Source: Candidatus Delongbacteria bacterium (GTDB lineage: Bacteria; CAIWAD01). From it: a DNA stretch of 64,000 bases. The notes beneath the pieces were generated by a model that was not told the DNA's origin, did no database searches, and was given only the letters and a program-made list of their open reading frames with translations. The position numbers were made by a program, and so were the translations under genes. Where the stretch lies: positions 1,480 through 65,479 of the forward strand of contig JBAYTZ010000007.1 in assembly GCA_041675285.1 (NCBI GenBank), given 5' to 3'. Shown piece by piece: positions 36,596 to 47,032 of this stretch (position 1 is its first letter; each line of letters begins with the position of its first letter).

Positions 36596-38323
36596 TCAGA
36601 CGGGTGGCCGCAGGCGCGCGGCCAGACCTGAACAGCGCACCGCCCGCCGCCCCGCCGCCAGCCGCAGGGCATCCTCGGAGGCCACGATCACCAGCCGCCG
36701 CCGGGCGCGGGTGGCGCCCGTGTAGAGGAGTTCGCGGCAAAGCAGGGAGGACGGGGCCTCCGGCAGGATGAGCAGCACGTGGTCCCACTCGGAGCCCTGG
36801 CTCTGGTGCACGGTGAGGGCCCAGGCGGGGGCCCAGCCCGGCAGTTGGGCCAGACGCAGCTCGCGCGGCCCGGCGCCGCCGGACAGCAGGCAGCGGGCGC
36901 CCTCGCCGGCACGCCCTTCCAGCAGACCGCCGTCGCCGTTGAACACGCCCAGCCGCGCGTCGTTGGCCGTCACCAGGAGCGGGGCGCGCACCGCGGGAAC
37001 GGGGCCGCCGCGCCAGCGCCGCTCGCACCAGAAGTTGAGGCCCTCCACGCCCAGCCGGCCCCGGCGCTGGCCGCAGAGCACGCGGAAGCGTCCCAACGCC
37101 GCCAGCGCCGCTGCGGCGGACTCCGCGGCGACCAGCGGCTCATAGCCGGACTCCAGCTCTTCCTCGAGCCGGCGGTTCCAATCCGGTCCACCCGGCGGAA
37201 GCCACAGCAGATCCGGCCGACCCGCGCGCAGCAGCTCCGGCAGCTCGTGCGCGCGACCCTCGCGCAGCAGGGCCGTCAACCCGCCGATGCCGCTGTCCGG
37301 GGCGAAGCGCCGGCTGCCGCGCAGGCGCACCACCACAGGCAACGGGTCGACGGATGTCGGCTCCTCCAGCCCGGCGCAGAGTTCCTCCAGCACGGCCCCG
37401 GCCTCCACGGAGGCCAGCTGGTCGGGATCCCCCACCAGCAGCAGGCGGGCCTCGTCCGGCAGGGCGGCCAGCACGCGGGCCATCAGGGGCAGATCGGCCA
37501 TGGAGGCCTCGTCCACGACCAGCCAGTCCAGCTGGCGCAGCCGGCCCCGGGGATCCGCCTCCTGCAGCAGGCGGTGCAGAGTGGAGGCCGGCGGCAACTC
37601 GCGCAGCCGGCGGGCCGTCGCGTCGGGAAGGCGCTCCAGCTGACCGGCCAGCGCTTCCTGCAGGCGCGCGGCGGCCTTGCCCGTGGGTGCGGCCAGGCGC
37701 AGGCGCAGGTCGGGCCGACGCTCCAGGGCCAGACCCAGCAGCAGGGCCACGGTGGTGGTCTTGCCGCTGCCAGGTCCGCCGGTGAGCAGCAGGAGGCGGC
37801 GCTGGAAGGCCGCCCGCAGCGCCGTGCGCTGCTCCGGATCCTCCGTGAGCGCGTCGATTCCGTCCGGGTCGGCGGGCGCCTCATCCAGGGACAGGCGGGC
37901 CAACACCTGCCTGGCGACCTGGCACTCGGCACTCCAGAGGCGCTCCAGGTACAGGTGGTCGTTCTCCAGCACCAGCGGCCGATCCTCCTCGCCGGCGGCG
38001 GCCACCACGGGACTGGAGACCAGCCACGCTTGCCAGTCGTCCAGTGAAGGGATCCGCTCTCCCCAGGGTGCGTCGGCCGCGGTGGGCAGCTGCTGGCCGG
38101 CCACGTGAGCCAGGGGCAGGCAGCTGTGCTGATGCCGGCGCCAGGCGCTGCAGAGCGCGGCGGCCAGCCCGATGGCGGGGGCAGCCGCCGGGCGGCCGTC
38201 CAGGCGGGCCAGCAGGCGGCCGAGCTCCAGGTCCAGGGTTCCCAGCCCTTCCTCCCGCACCAGTTCAAGCATGGGATCCCCCATGGACGACCTCGGGTCT
38301 GCGTGTGTCACGGCGTCAGTCAC
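36596..38323 (-). CDS. recD: Exodeoxyribonuclease V alpha subunit RecD
   Basis: Walker A LTGGPGSGKTTTV; VVDEASM; TVHQSQGSEWD. The GTG start at 38323 overlaps the recB stop; the alternative ATG at 38284 cannot be excluded. Confidence 0.8.
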   Translation of the reverse strand: MTDAVTHADPRSSMGDPMLELVREEGLGTLDLELGRLLARLDGRPAAAPAIGLAAALCSAWRRHQHSCLPLAHVAGQQLPTAADAPWGERIPSLDDWQAWLVSSPVVAAAGEEDRPLVLENDHLYLERLWSAECQVARQVLARLSLDEAPADPDGIDALTEDPEQRTALRAAFQRRLLLLTGGPGSGKTTTVALLLGLALERRPDLRLRLAAPTGKAAARLQEALAGQLERLPDATARRLRELPPASTLHRLLQEADPRGRLRQLDWLVVDEASMADLPLMARVLAALPDEARLLLVGDPDQLASVEAGAVLEELCAGLEEPTSVDPLPVVVRLRGSRRFAPDSGIGGLTALLREGRAHELPELLRAGRPDLLWLPPGGPDWNRRLEEELESGYEPLVAAESAAAALAALGRFRVLCGQRRGRLGVEGLNFWCERRWRGGPVPAVRAPLLVTANDARLGVFNGDGGLLEGRAGEGARCLLSGGAGPRELRLAQLPGWAPAWALTVHQSQGSEWDHVLLILPEAPSSLLCRELLYTGATRARRRLVIVASEDALRLAAGRRAVRCSGLAARLRPPV

Positions 38324-41300
38324 GGCTCGCTCCCAGTCGGCCGTCCAGCTCGAGGATCAGCTCCAGCGGCGGACGGTCCTCGAAGCAGCCCTGCCCCGGG
38401 TGCTCGGCCTGCACGCCGCGCAGGAAGAGATAGCGCAGACCGCCCAGGTGTTCGCCGGGCTGGTAGCCGGGGAGCGTGCGCGCCAGGTGGCGGTGCAGGG
38501 CCACCAGATAGAACAGGCCCTGGATGAAGTAGCCGGAGCGCGCCATCTCGTCGGCCAGGGCGCGGCGTGGATAGGCCGCGGCCGTGGCGCCCAGCCGGTT
38601 GGACTTCCAGTCCAGCACCCACCAGCGGCCGTCCTGGCAGTGGATCTGATCGATGTAGCCCTTGAGGAAGCCCGCCGGCAGGTCGCCGGGCAGCGGCGGC
38701 GGACTGGCAGGCCAGGGCGGCGCCAGCCCCAGCCGAGTCGCGGAGAAGAGGCCGTGGCGCTCCAGCAGCGCGCGGAACTCCGCCGCCGGCAGCGGGGCGG
38801 CGCAGAGGTGGAACTCCAGCTCGGACACGCGCTGCCCGTCCCCCAACGCGGAGAGCCGGAAGCCCCGGGCCGTTAGCGGTGTGTCCAGGATCTCCTCCAG
38901 CCAGCGGGCGGTGCCCGGGGCGAGGGCCTCGTCCAGGCCGTGGGCACGCAGCTGTCGCCGGCAGTGGTTCTCCAGCTGGGCGGATCCGCGGCCGGGGTTG
39001 AAGTCCACCAGCTCCAGCAGCTTGTGCAGGCAGGTGCCGGCGGTGGCTCCGCGGGGAAAGCGCCCGCGCCAGTCCTCGGGCTCGCCGGGCGCCGGCTCCG
39101 CCGCCGGGGCCGCGCCCGCGAACCACTCGTCCAGCCGCTCGTCGGCGTGGGCGTCGGTGAGCAGGCTGGAGAAGGAACTGAGCCGCGCGCCCGCCAGAAT
39201 GCGACCCGTGAAGGGCCGGATCCGCGGGGGTTCCGCGGCGGTGGACCGCGTATCACCCGTCGCCGGGGCAGGTGGAAGTTCCAGTGCCTCCACGCCCAGC
39301 ACTCCGGGCCGGGCGAGTTCCTCCCAGGCCCACCGCTGGGGTCCGGGACCCTCAGCCCACAGCGGTCTCCAGGACTCCCCGGCGCCGGGCGCGTCCTCCG
39401 GGAGCCGGCGCGCGAGCAGCAGCCAATCCAGCGCGCTGGGCCGCCGCCGGCTCGCCGGACTGGGCGCCACGCTGTAGAGCAGGGTGTGGTGGCGGGCGCG
39501 GGTGAGGCCCACGTAGGCCAGCCGCAGGCTCTCCGCCAGCTCCTCCTCCTGCCGGGCGGCGCGCCGGGCGTCCGACAGGGGCCGGGCCTTGGACCAGGCC
39601 ACCAGCTCCGGCCGCTCCTCCCCGTCGTGCAGGAGGGTCGCGCCGAACTCGTCCCGCCGCCCGCTCTCGTCCCAGAGGAAGGGGCAGACCACCAGCGGGA
39701 ACTCCAGCCCCTTGCTCTTGTGCAGCGTCAGCACGCGCACCAGGTTGTCCTCGCTCTCCAGCCGCAGCTCGGCCGCCGCGCTCTCCTGATCGCGACTCCA
39801 TTCCAGCCGCAGGGCCAGCTCGTCCGGGGTCAGGCCACCGGGGCCTTCCAGCCCTGGCAACAGCTCCAGCAACTGCAGCCAGTTGGTGAGCCGGCGCTCG
39901 CCCCGGCGCAGACCCAGCAGGGCCTCCGGCAGACCGAGCTCCTCGAAGAGCCCGCGCAAGGCCCGGCTGGAGCCCAGCCGCCGGGCCGTCTGCAGGGCCG
40001 CGTGGAGGCGCTCCTGCAGCTCCTCCTGGAGGGGCGCCGAACCCAGCGCCGCCTGGGGGTCCGAGCCCAGCGCGAGAGCCAGCGGGCCGGCCAGCACCGT
40101 GCGCAGGCGCCGCGTGTCGTGGGGGCGCGCCAGGGCCAGCAGCAGGCGTTGCAGGTCCACGGCCTCGAGGCTCTGCAGGACGGAGCGCGGGCTGAGCTGC
40201 ACGCAGGCCAGTCCCAGTTCCGCCAGCGCGTCCGCCACCAGCGTGCCCTGGCGGTGGCTGCGCACGAGCACGGCCACGTCCCGGCCTTCGACGGGCACCA
40301 GGCCATCGGGTCCCAGCCAGCCCGTGCGCTGTCCGGAGGCCGGGCGCAGCAGACGGGCCAGCAGGCGCGCCAGATGCCGGGCCACCCGTCGTCCGGCCAG
40401 GGGCCGGTTCAGGTCGGGCACGTCCTCTTGCAACACGCGGAAGGGCGGCAGCGCCCGGCCGTCCAGCCAGAGCTCCCGTTCCACCACCTGTCCCGACGGC
40501 TGCAACTCCGCCGCGTGGATGTCCGGGCGCAGGAACGCGCCGCGCTGCGCGGGAAAGCGCCCAGCGTCGAACAGGGCGTTGACCGCCCTCAGCAGGCCGG
40601 CTCCGGAGCGCCAGTTGGTGCGCAGTTCCTCGCGCCGCCCGGCTGCCCGGGCCGCCGCCAGGTAGGCGTGCAGGTCGGCGCCGCGAAAAGAATAGATGGA
40701 CTGCTTGGGGTCGCCCACCAGGATCAGCGGCAGACCCTCGGCCTGGAAGACGCGCTGGAAGATGCCGGCCTGCAGCGGGTCGGTGTCCTGGAACTCGTCC
40801 ACCAGCGCCGCGCGCCAGCGCCGGCCCAGCGCCCGGGCCAGCTCCGCGCCGCCCGGGCCGGCCAGCCCCTCGGCCACCAGGCTGAGCAGGTCGCTGAAGT
40901 CCAGCCGCCGGCTCTCCAGCCGCAGTCGCGCGGCCGCGGCGGGCCAGTCCCGGAGCGCCGCGTGTTGCAGCTGTTCCAGCACGGAGGTGTAGGCCGCGCC
41001 CACTTGGTCGTCCAGCTCCAGCAACGCTGCCAGGGCCTCGAACACCGGATGCTGCGGGCACGTGCCGCCCTTGGTCAACTTGGTGGACAGGATGGCGGGC
41101 GTGAAGCGGCGCGCGTCGGGACAACCCTGTGGCGTGGCGCCCAGCTCCAGCCAGTCCCGGATCCAGCCCAGCCACTTGGTGACGCTGGCCGGACGGTAGG
41201 AGTTCTTGTTCAGGCTGGAGGCGGCGATCAAGCCAGCCAGATCCTCGATCCCCACAGCCAGCAAGGTGGCCAAGGCCCAACGGGCGGACTCTGCGTGCCG

Positions 41301-41969
41301 GTGCTCCAGCTCCGGCAGGCCGGCCAGCGGAGCGTCCAGGTTGACGGGCGGCAGCGCGGGACCGGGATGCCGCCGGCCCAGTTCGGCCAGGTGGAGCCAG
41401 GGACCGGGATCCAGCAGGCCGCCCTGGCTGCGCAGCCAGTCCAACAGGCCGGGCGGGAAGGCCTGCCACAGGCGGCGCAACTCGTCCAGCCCCACCTGCC
41501 GCAGGGAGTCGACGGAATCCTCGCCCAGCTCCAGCTCCGCCGGCAGTCCCAGGGCCACGGCCCGTTCGCTCAGCACGCGCTTGCAGAAGCCGTGGATGGT
41601 GAAGATCGAGGCCTCGTCGAAGGACATCAGCGCCATGCGCAGCTGGCGCAAGGCCCGCGCGTCGTCCCAACGGCCGGCCGCCCGCAGGTGGGCGCGCAGT
41701 TCTTCCAGGAAGGGATCCGCTGGCGGACCATTGGCCTCCAGCGCCCGGCGGGCCTCTTCCAGCCGCTGGCGCAGCCGGTCGCGCAACTCGGCGGTGGCGG
41801 CCTCGGTGAACGTGAGCACCAGCAGCGAGGGCAGTTCCAGCCCCTCTTCCAGCAGAAAGCGCAACACCAGCGCGCCGATGGTCCAGGTCTTGCCCGTGCC
41901 CGCGCTGGCTTCCACCAGCAGGGTCCCCAGGAGCGGCACGCGGACGGGATCATGCACGGGGTGGTTCAT
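38316..41969 (-). CDS. recB: Exodeoxyribonuclease V beta subunit RecB (UvrD-like helicase + PD-(D/E)xK nuclease)
   Basis: EASAGTGKTWTI Walker A. C-terminal nuclease motif GYIDQIHCQDGRWWVLDWKSN. ATGA overlap with the recC stop. The upstream 144 codons of ORF 38316..42401 are not supported. Confidence 0.8.
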   Translation of the reverse strand: MNHPVHDPVRVPLLGTLLVEASAGTGKTWTIGALVLRFLLEEGLELPSLLVLTFTEAATAELRDRLRQRLEEARRALEANGPPADPFLEELRAHLRAAGRWDDARALRQLRMALMSFDEASIFTIHGFCKRVLSERAVALGLPAELELGEDSVDSLRQVGLDELRRLWQAFPPGLLDWLRSQGGLLDPGPWLHLAELGRRHPGPALPPVNLDAPLAGLPELEHRHAESARWALATLLAVGIEDLAGLIAASSLNKNSYRPASVTKWLGWIRDWLELGATPQGCPDARRFTPAILSTKLTKGGTCPQHPVFEALAALLELDDQVGAAYTSVLEQLQHAALRDWPAAAARLRLESRRLDFSDLLSLVAEGLAGPGGAELARALGRRWRAALVDEFQDTDPLQAGIFQRVFQAEGLPLILVGDPKQSIYSFRGADLHAYLAAARAAGRREELRTNWRSGAGLLRAVNALFDAGRFPAQRGAFLRPDIHAAELQPSGQVVERELWLDGRALPPFRVLQEDVPDLNRPLAGRRVARHLARLLARLLRPASGQRTGWLGPDGLVPVEGRDVAVLVRSHRQGTLVADALAELGLACVQLSPRSVLQSLEAVDLQRLLLALARPHDTRRLRTVLAGPLALALGSDPQAALGSAPLQEELQERLHAALQTARRLGSSRALRGLFEELGLPEALLGLRRGERRLTNWLQLLELLPGLEGPGGLTPDELALRLEWSRDQESAAAELRLESEDNLVRVLTLHKSKGLEFPLVVCPFLWDESGRRDEFGATLLHDGEERPELVAWSKARPLSDARRAARQEEELAESLRLAYVGLTRARHHTLLYSVAPSPASRRRPSALDWLLLARRLPEDAPGAGESWRPLWAEGPGPQRWAWEELARPGVLGVEALELPPAPATGDTRSTAAEPPRIRPFTGRILAGARLSSFSSLLTDAHADERLDEWFAGAAPAAEPAPGEPEDWRGRFPRGATAGTCLHKLLELVDFNPGRGSAQLENHCRRQLRAHGLDEALAPGTARWLEEILDTPLTARGFRLSALGDGQRVSELEFHLCAAPLPAAEFRALLERHGLFSATRLGLAPPWPASPPPLPGDLPAGFLKGYIDQIHCQDGRWWVLDWKSNRLGATAAAYPRRALADEMARSGYFIQGLFYLVALHRHLARTLPGYQPGEHLGGLRYLFLRGVQAEHPGQGCFEDRPPLELILELDGRLGASRD

Positions 41970-44900
41970 GCGAGGGCCTCCTGCAGCGGGGCGCCCAGCC
42001 GCAGCGCCCACTCCGCCAGTCGGGGCGCGATCCCCGGGTGGGTGAAGGGATCCGCGCCGCCCAGCACGGTCTGCAGCCACGGATCCTCCCAGAGGTACTC
42101 GCGCTGCCGGTACCACTCTTTCTCCAGATCGGGCTCGCGCCCCTCGCCCTGCGCCTGCAGGCACTCCAGGGCCAGCGACTCGCTGACGGCGGGCAGCCAC
42201 GGCAGCCAAGCCCGCTGTCCCAGTCGCCAAGCCTCCAGCCACTCCCGCAGCCGCGCGCGGGGGTCCGCCACGACGGGCAACTCCAGCTCCTCGTCCAGGA
42301 AGATCAAGCGTGTGACACCGGCGCCGCCCTGGGCGCTCCAGGCCAGATGGCGCAGCCAGGGCGTGCCAAGGGCCGAGCCGGCGCGACGCCGGGCCCAACA
42401 CTCCACGCGGCGGGGCGCGGGAGCCGGCAGGCTGGCCCGCAGCATGAACCCATCAATCCGCAGCTCCACGTCGCGGACCTCCGGCAGGACCTCGCCCTGC
42501 AGGACCAGCGTGCGGCGCGCCAGCAGATCCTGCACCTCGCGCCGCCCGGCCAGCAACTCGGCGCGGCCGGGATGGCCCCAGGGCAGCAGGCCGGCGGCCC
42601 GCAGCCTGGGCTCCTGCTCATCCTCCGGCAGTCCCTGCCCGGCCCAGCGGAGCAGGGTGTGGCGCAGTCGCCCCAGCGTGGGGCGGTCGCTGGCGAAGGG
42701 TTCCTCCTCGGCCGGATGGCCGCCGTCCCAGGGCAGGCTGAGCCCCGCCCGGCGCAGCAGGCTGCGGGCTGGATTCGTCTGGAAAGCCTCCAGTTCCTCC
42801 AGCGTGAGCTCGGCGGCGGGTTCGGGCAGATCCAGCTCACCCAGCAGCGGATGGCTGGCCCGCAGCTCCGCCGGTTCGCGCCGGGCCCGGTCCAGACGCA
42901 GGGCGGCCCGGCCCCAGCCGGGATGGTGGCCCGCCGGCCGGGCCTGCGGGGAGAAGGCCGCGGGGCTGAAGGCCTGCAGGGCGTGCTCACGCACGCGCCC
43001 GGCGGGATCGCCCAGCAGGTCCAGCAGCTCGCTGACCACCGTGGAGGGCGGCCGGCGGCGATTCTCCTGCACGTCGCGTCCGGTCCAGAACAGCAGCAGG
43101 TTGTCCCGCGCGCTGCCCAGCGCCTCCAGGAAGAGCGCGCGGTCCTGCAGCCGGGGCTGGCGATCCCCCCGCCGCGCGGCGCCCAGGCAGAGGTCCAGCT
43201 CATCCCGGCGGCTGGGACGCGGAAAGACCGTGTCGTCCAGGCCCAGCAGCACGACCACCCGGGCGGGCAGGCCGCGGCAGGCCAGCATGGGGGCCAGGGT
43301 CAGCCGGCCGTCGAAACCGCCGCCGCGGATGCCCTCGTCCCCGGCCAGGGTGCGGAGCAGGAAGTCCCGGGCACAGGCGAAGGGCAGGACTTCGGCGGCC
43401 CCACCGGCCCGCGCGGCGGCCTCGCCGGCCAGCAGGCGCTCGCGCAGCTCCTGCAGTTCGCGCTCCTCGTCCTCGTCCGGGGAGAAGAAGCGCGGCAGCC
43501 ACTCCAGCAGCCAGCGCGTCCAATCCTCCGGCGTGCGGGGGGATTCGCTCCCGGCCTCGAAGCGGCGCAAGACCTGCAGCCACTCGAGGAAAGCCTGCAG
43601 GCGCTCGGGCTGCTCGCCGGCGGCCGGCAGGGCCACCAGACCTTCCACCAGACTGTCCCGGGACATGGCGTAGCCCAGCAGCAGGCGATCCAGGCCGGCG
43701 CGCCAGCCGTGTTCGTCCACCGCCGGCAGCCCCAGCCGCCCGCGGGCCTCGGCATCCCAGCCCCAGCGGATGCCCGCCGCGCGACACCAGTCCAGGGCCA
43801 GGGCCAGAGCGTCCCCGTCCAGCCCCTGGCGCCGGCGCAGCGCCGCGCATTGCAGCGGGGCGAGCACGCGCCCGCTCTCCCAGCGCCCGCCGGCCAGCTG
43901 CAGCAGTTCGGCCAGCACCACGCCCAGGCCACGCCCCGCGGCGGGTCCCAGGACGCGCCAGGGGATCTGCCGCGTGGGTTCCTGGCTGGAGAAGACCGCC
44001 TCGAAAGCCGGCCGGACGCTTTCCAGCTCGGGGCAGAGCACCAGGATGTCGCCCGGGCTGAGCCCGGGCTCGCGCTCGAACAGGTCCAGCAGGCAGTCCA
44101 GCAGGACCTCCGCCTGGCGCTGGGGCGAGTGGCAGGAGTGGAATTGCAGGCTGTCATCCCGGGGCGGCGGATCGGGCAGCGGACTCACGTGGAACAGGCT
44201 GGACTGCAGGTGCTCCAGCAGGGTGCGCGGGGCCGGCGGCTCGTCCCGCGGGCCGCTGAACTCGGCGTCGCGCTCGAGCAGCTCGTCGATCCAGGCTCCC
44301 AGCTCGCTGCCGCAGGTGGCCAGCAGGGGTGCGCGCCCCTCGGCCTCGTCCAGGGCCTGGCGGGGCCGGCGGCCCGGCAAGTCGCCCCAGTACTCGCGGG
44401 AGGGATTGAGCAGGTAGAGGCGCACGGGCAGGTGGCGGGCGAGGGCCTCGAACAGGTCCAGCTGGGCGGGGGGCAGATTGCCCAGGGCGAACAGGCTCAG
44501 GCGCGGCGGCAGTCCGGCGGGCGGGCCAGAGCGCTCGAGGGCGGCCAGCCAGTCCGCCTGCAGGTTGGCGCGGTGGGGCTGGGCCAGCGCCCGGCGCAGG
44601 CGCCGCCAGAGCTGGCGCTGCCAGATCAGCGTGGGCGAGTCGGGCGGCGACTCCCCGCCGGGCAGGCGCGCGGCGTCGGGGTGACCTTCCCAGTCCAGCA
44701 GCCAGCGCGGCCGGTAGACGAGGTACTGGTCGAAGAGGCCGGCCAGGCGGCGGGCCAGCCCGTGGCGCAGGCTGCCGGTCCGGTCCCGCTCCAGCAGCCG
44801 GGCGACGGCCTCGGAACCCGGACCCTCCAGGCAGGCGGGCAGCAGGGCGGCGATCCGCCAGGCGAGGGCCTCGGGCTCCCAGGGCGAGCGCGCGTCATCG

Positions 44901-45136
44901 GCCGCACCGGCCGGGTGCAGGAGCTCCTCCCAGAGGAAGCGGGCCGGAAAAGGCGTGTGCAGGCCGGCCACTCCACCCAGGCGGGCGGCCAGCTCCAGCG
45001 GCAGGCGCCGGGCCATGCCCACGGATTCGACGATCACCACCTCCCGGGCGGCGGGCCCGGGCGGCGCGGCGGCCAGATCCTCGGCCAGGCGGTCGAAGAG
45101 GGATTCACCGCGGGCTTCCTGCACCACGTGGATCAT
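41966..45136 (-). CDS. recC: Exodeoxyribonuclease V gamma subunit RecC
   Basis: Size of 1056 aa and position immediately upstream of recB in a recC-recB-recD operon. No helicase Walker motifs, as expected for RecC. Confidence 0.7.
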   Translation of the reverse strand: MIHVVQEARGESLFDRLAEDLAAAPPGPAAREVVIVESVGMARRLPLELAARLGGVAGLHTPFPARFLWEELLHPAGAADDARSPWEPEALAWRIAALLPACLEGPGSEAVARLLERDRTGSLRHGLARRLAGLFDQYLVYRPRWLLDWEGHPDAARLPGGESPPDSPTLIWQRQLWRRLRRALAQPHRANLQADWLAALERSGPPAGLPPRLSLFALGNLPPAQLDLFEALARHLPVRLYLLNPSREYWGDLPGRRPRQALDEAEGRAPLLATCGSELGAWIDELLERDAEFSGPRDEPPAPRTLLEHLQSSLFHVSPLPDPPPRDDSLQFHSCHSPQRQAEVLLDCLLDLFEREPGLSPGDILVLCPELESVRPAFEAVFSSQEPTRQIPWRVLGPAAGRGLGVVLAELLQLAGGRWESGRVLAPLQCAALRRRQGLDGDALALALDWCRAAGIRWGWDAEARGRLGLPAVDEHGWRAGLDRLLLGYAMSRDSLVEGLVALPAAGEQPERLQAFLEWLQVLRRFEAGSESPRTPEDWTRWLLEWLPRFFSPDEDEERELQELRERLLAGEAAARAGGAAEVLPFACARDFLLRTLAGDEGIRGGGFDGRLTLAPMLACRGLPARVVVLLGLDDTVFPRPSRRDELDLCLGAARRGDRQPRLQDRALFLEALGSARDNLLLFWTGRDVQENRRRPPSTVVSELLDLLGDPAGRVREHALQAFSPAAFSPQARPAGHHPGWGRAALRLDRARREPAELRASHPLLGELDLPEPAAELTLEELEAFQTNPARSLLRRAGLSLPWDGGHPAEEEPFASDRPTLGRLRHTLLRWAGQGLPEDEQEPRLRAAGLLPWGHPGRAELLAGRREVQDLLARRTLVLQGEVLPEVRDVELRIDGFMLRASLPAPAPRRVECWARRRAGSALGTPWLRHLAWSAQGGAGVTRLIFLDEELELPVVADPRARLREWLEAWRLGQRAWLPWLPAVSESLALECLQAQGEGREPDLEKEWYRQREYLWEDPWLQTVLGGADPFTHPGIAPRLAEWALRLGAPLQEALA

Positions 45137-45280
45137 GGGAGTCCTGTGCGCTGGGGGTTGGCGGGAGCGCCGGCGCGGCGCTCGCTCGAGGCACAAGATA
45201 CAAGGAGGCTGGACGGCGGGCGCGATTTCCCGGCCCCCTCGCGTCCCCTACATTCAAGGCGGTTCAACGAAGGAAGCCCC

Positions 45281-47032
45281 ATGCCCCGCCGCAGCCTCAC
45301 CCGCCTGCTCCGCGACGAATTCGCCGGCTACAACCTCGGCATCTTCCGCCTGGACCTGATGGCCGGACTCACCGTGGCCGCGGTGGCGCTGCCGCTGGCC
45401 CTGGCCTTCGGCGTGGCCTCGGGCGCCTCGGCGGCGGCGGGCCTGGTCACGGCCATCCTGGCCGGCCTGGTGATCGGCGGACTCTCCGGCGCGCCCTACC
45501 AGATCAGCGGTCCCACCGGCGCCATGAGCGCCGTGCTGATCCTGCTGGCCCAGCGCTACGGGCTGGAGGGCGTCTGGCTGGCCGGCCTGCTCTCGGGCGC
45601 GCTGCTGCTGATCATCGGCCTGCTGCGGATGGGACGCTTCATCGCCTTCATCCCGGCGCCGGTGATCACGGGCTTCACCAGCGGCATCGGGCTGATCATC
45701 GCCATCGGGCAGCTGGACAATTTCCTGGGCACCCAGACGCCGGCTCACGAGAATTCCCTGCTCAAGCTGCTGGGCTACTTCCAGGGCGGCTGGAGCCCCG
45801 ACCTGCCCACGCTCTTCCTGGGCCTGCTGGTGACGGGCCTGATGCTGTTCTGGCCCCAGCGCTGGGGCGCGCGCGTGCCCGCCAGCCTGGTGGGGCTGGT
45901 GGCGGCCACGGGTCTGGCCTGGCTCTTCAACTGGCAGGTGGCGACCATCGGGGTCATCCCCACCTCGCCGCTGCTGCCCGAGCGACTCAGCCTGGCCAAC
46001 ATCCCCTGGGAGCACCTGTCGGACTTCATCTACCCCGCGCTGACCATCACGGCGCTGGGGGCCGTGGAATCGCTGCTCTGCGGGATGGTGGCCTCCAACA
46101 TGACCGGCGTGCGCCTGCAGGCCAACCAGGAACTGGTGGCCCAGGGAGTGGGAAACCTGCTGATCCCCTTCCTGGGCGGCGTGCCCGCCACGGCGGCCAT
46201 CGCGCGCACCAGCGTGGGCATCAAGTCCGGCGGGCGCACGCGCATGACCAGCATCGTGCACGCCGTGGGCCTGCTGCTCAGCATGCTCCTGCTGGCGCCG
46301 CTGATGGCCCGGGTGCCGCTGGCGGCGCTCTCCGGCGTGCTGCTGGTCACCGCCTGGCGGATGAACGAATGGGGCGCCATCCGCTTCATCTTCGGGCGGC
46401 GTTTCAAGACGGCCATGCTGGCCTATTCGGTGACGCTGGTGGCCACCATCTCGCTGGATCTCACCCAAGCCATTGTGATCAGCACCTTCATGGCCGGGGC
46501 GATCTTCCTCAGCCAGATCGCCAGCCTGGACATCGAAGTGCAGCCGGTGGATCCTGACAAGCTGCGCGCCCGGGGCATCGAGGTCTCAGGCAGGTGCCAG
46601 CACGTGCGCGTGGCTTTCGTGACAGGTCCGCTCTTCTTCGCGGCGGTGGGCAACTTCAACGAGGCCTTCGCCGGACTGGGCCCGACCCAGACCCTGATCC
46701 TCTCCATGCGCGGCGTGCCGCTCATCGACACGGCGGGACTGGAGGCCATCACCCACGTGCGTGAACACCTGCGCAAGACCGGCGGGCAGCTGATGCTGGC
46801 GGGCGTGCACGACCGGGTGCGCGTCATGATGGAGCGCGGCGGGGTTCTGGACCAGATCGGCCGGGAGAACCTCTTCTGGAGCAGCGACCAGGCCATCATC
46901 GAGGCCGAGCGCCGCGGCTGTCCCTATTGCGCCCGGCCGGCCGTCTGGACCTGGCGCGGCGCGCCGGACCGGCGGCTCTACGAGGAAGGCCCCGACGACA
47001 GGGAGCTGCTGGACGACGACGACGAGTCGTAG
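45281..47032 (+). CDS. SulP-family anion (sulfate/bicarbonate) permease with C-terminal STAS domain
   Basis: AGGAAG RBS. SulP signature region PYQISGPTGAMSAV...ITGFTSGIG. STAS domain near the C-terminus. The long ORF 42038..47032 is artefactual upstream of 45281. Confidence 0.8.
   Translation: MPRRSLTRLLRDEFAGYNLGIFRLDLMAGLTVAAVALPLALAFGVASGASAAAGLVTAILAGLVIGGLSGAPYQISGPTGAMSAVLILLAQRYGLEGVWLAGLLSGALLLIIGLLRMGRFIAFIPAPVITGFTSGIGLIIAIGQLDNFLGTQTPAHENSLLKLLGYFQGGWSPDLPTLFLGLLVTGLMLFWPQRWGARVPASLVGLVAATGLAWLFNWQVATIGVIPTSPLLPERLSLANIPWEHLSDFIYPALTITALGAVESLLCGMVASNMTGVRLQANQELVAQGVGNLLIPFLGGVPATAAIARTSVGIKSGGRTRMTSIVHAVGLLLSMLLLAPLMARVPLAALSGVLLVTAWRMNEWGAIRFIFGRRFKTAMLAYSVTLVATISLDLTQAIVISTFMAGAIFLSQIASLDIEVQPVDPDKLRARGIEVSGRCQHVRVAFVTGPLFFAAVGNFNEAFAGLGPTQTLILSMRGVPLIDTAGLEAITHVREHLRKTGGQLMLAGVHDRVRVMMERGGVLDQIGRENLFWSSDQAIIEAERRGCPYCARPAVWTWRGAPDRRLYEEGPDDRELLDDDDES

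Noticed and set aside
42038-47032. 1664-aa ORF (and the similar 38940..43673, 1577 aa) on the plus strand
   Set aside because: It is antisense to recC and recB over most of its length and is compositionally biased (Gly/Ala/Arg/Pro/Gln). Only the last 583 codons (from the ATG at 45281 with an AGGAAG RBS) encode the SulP permease.
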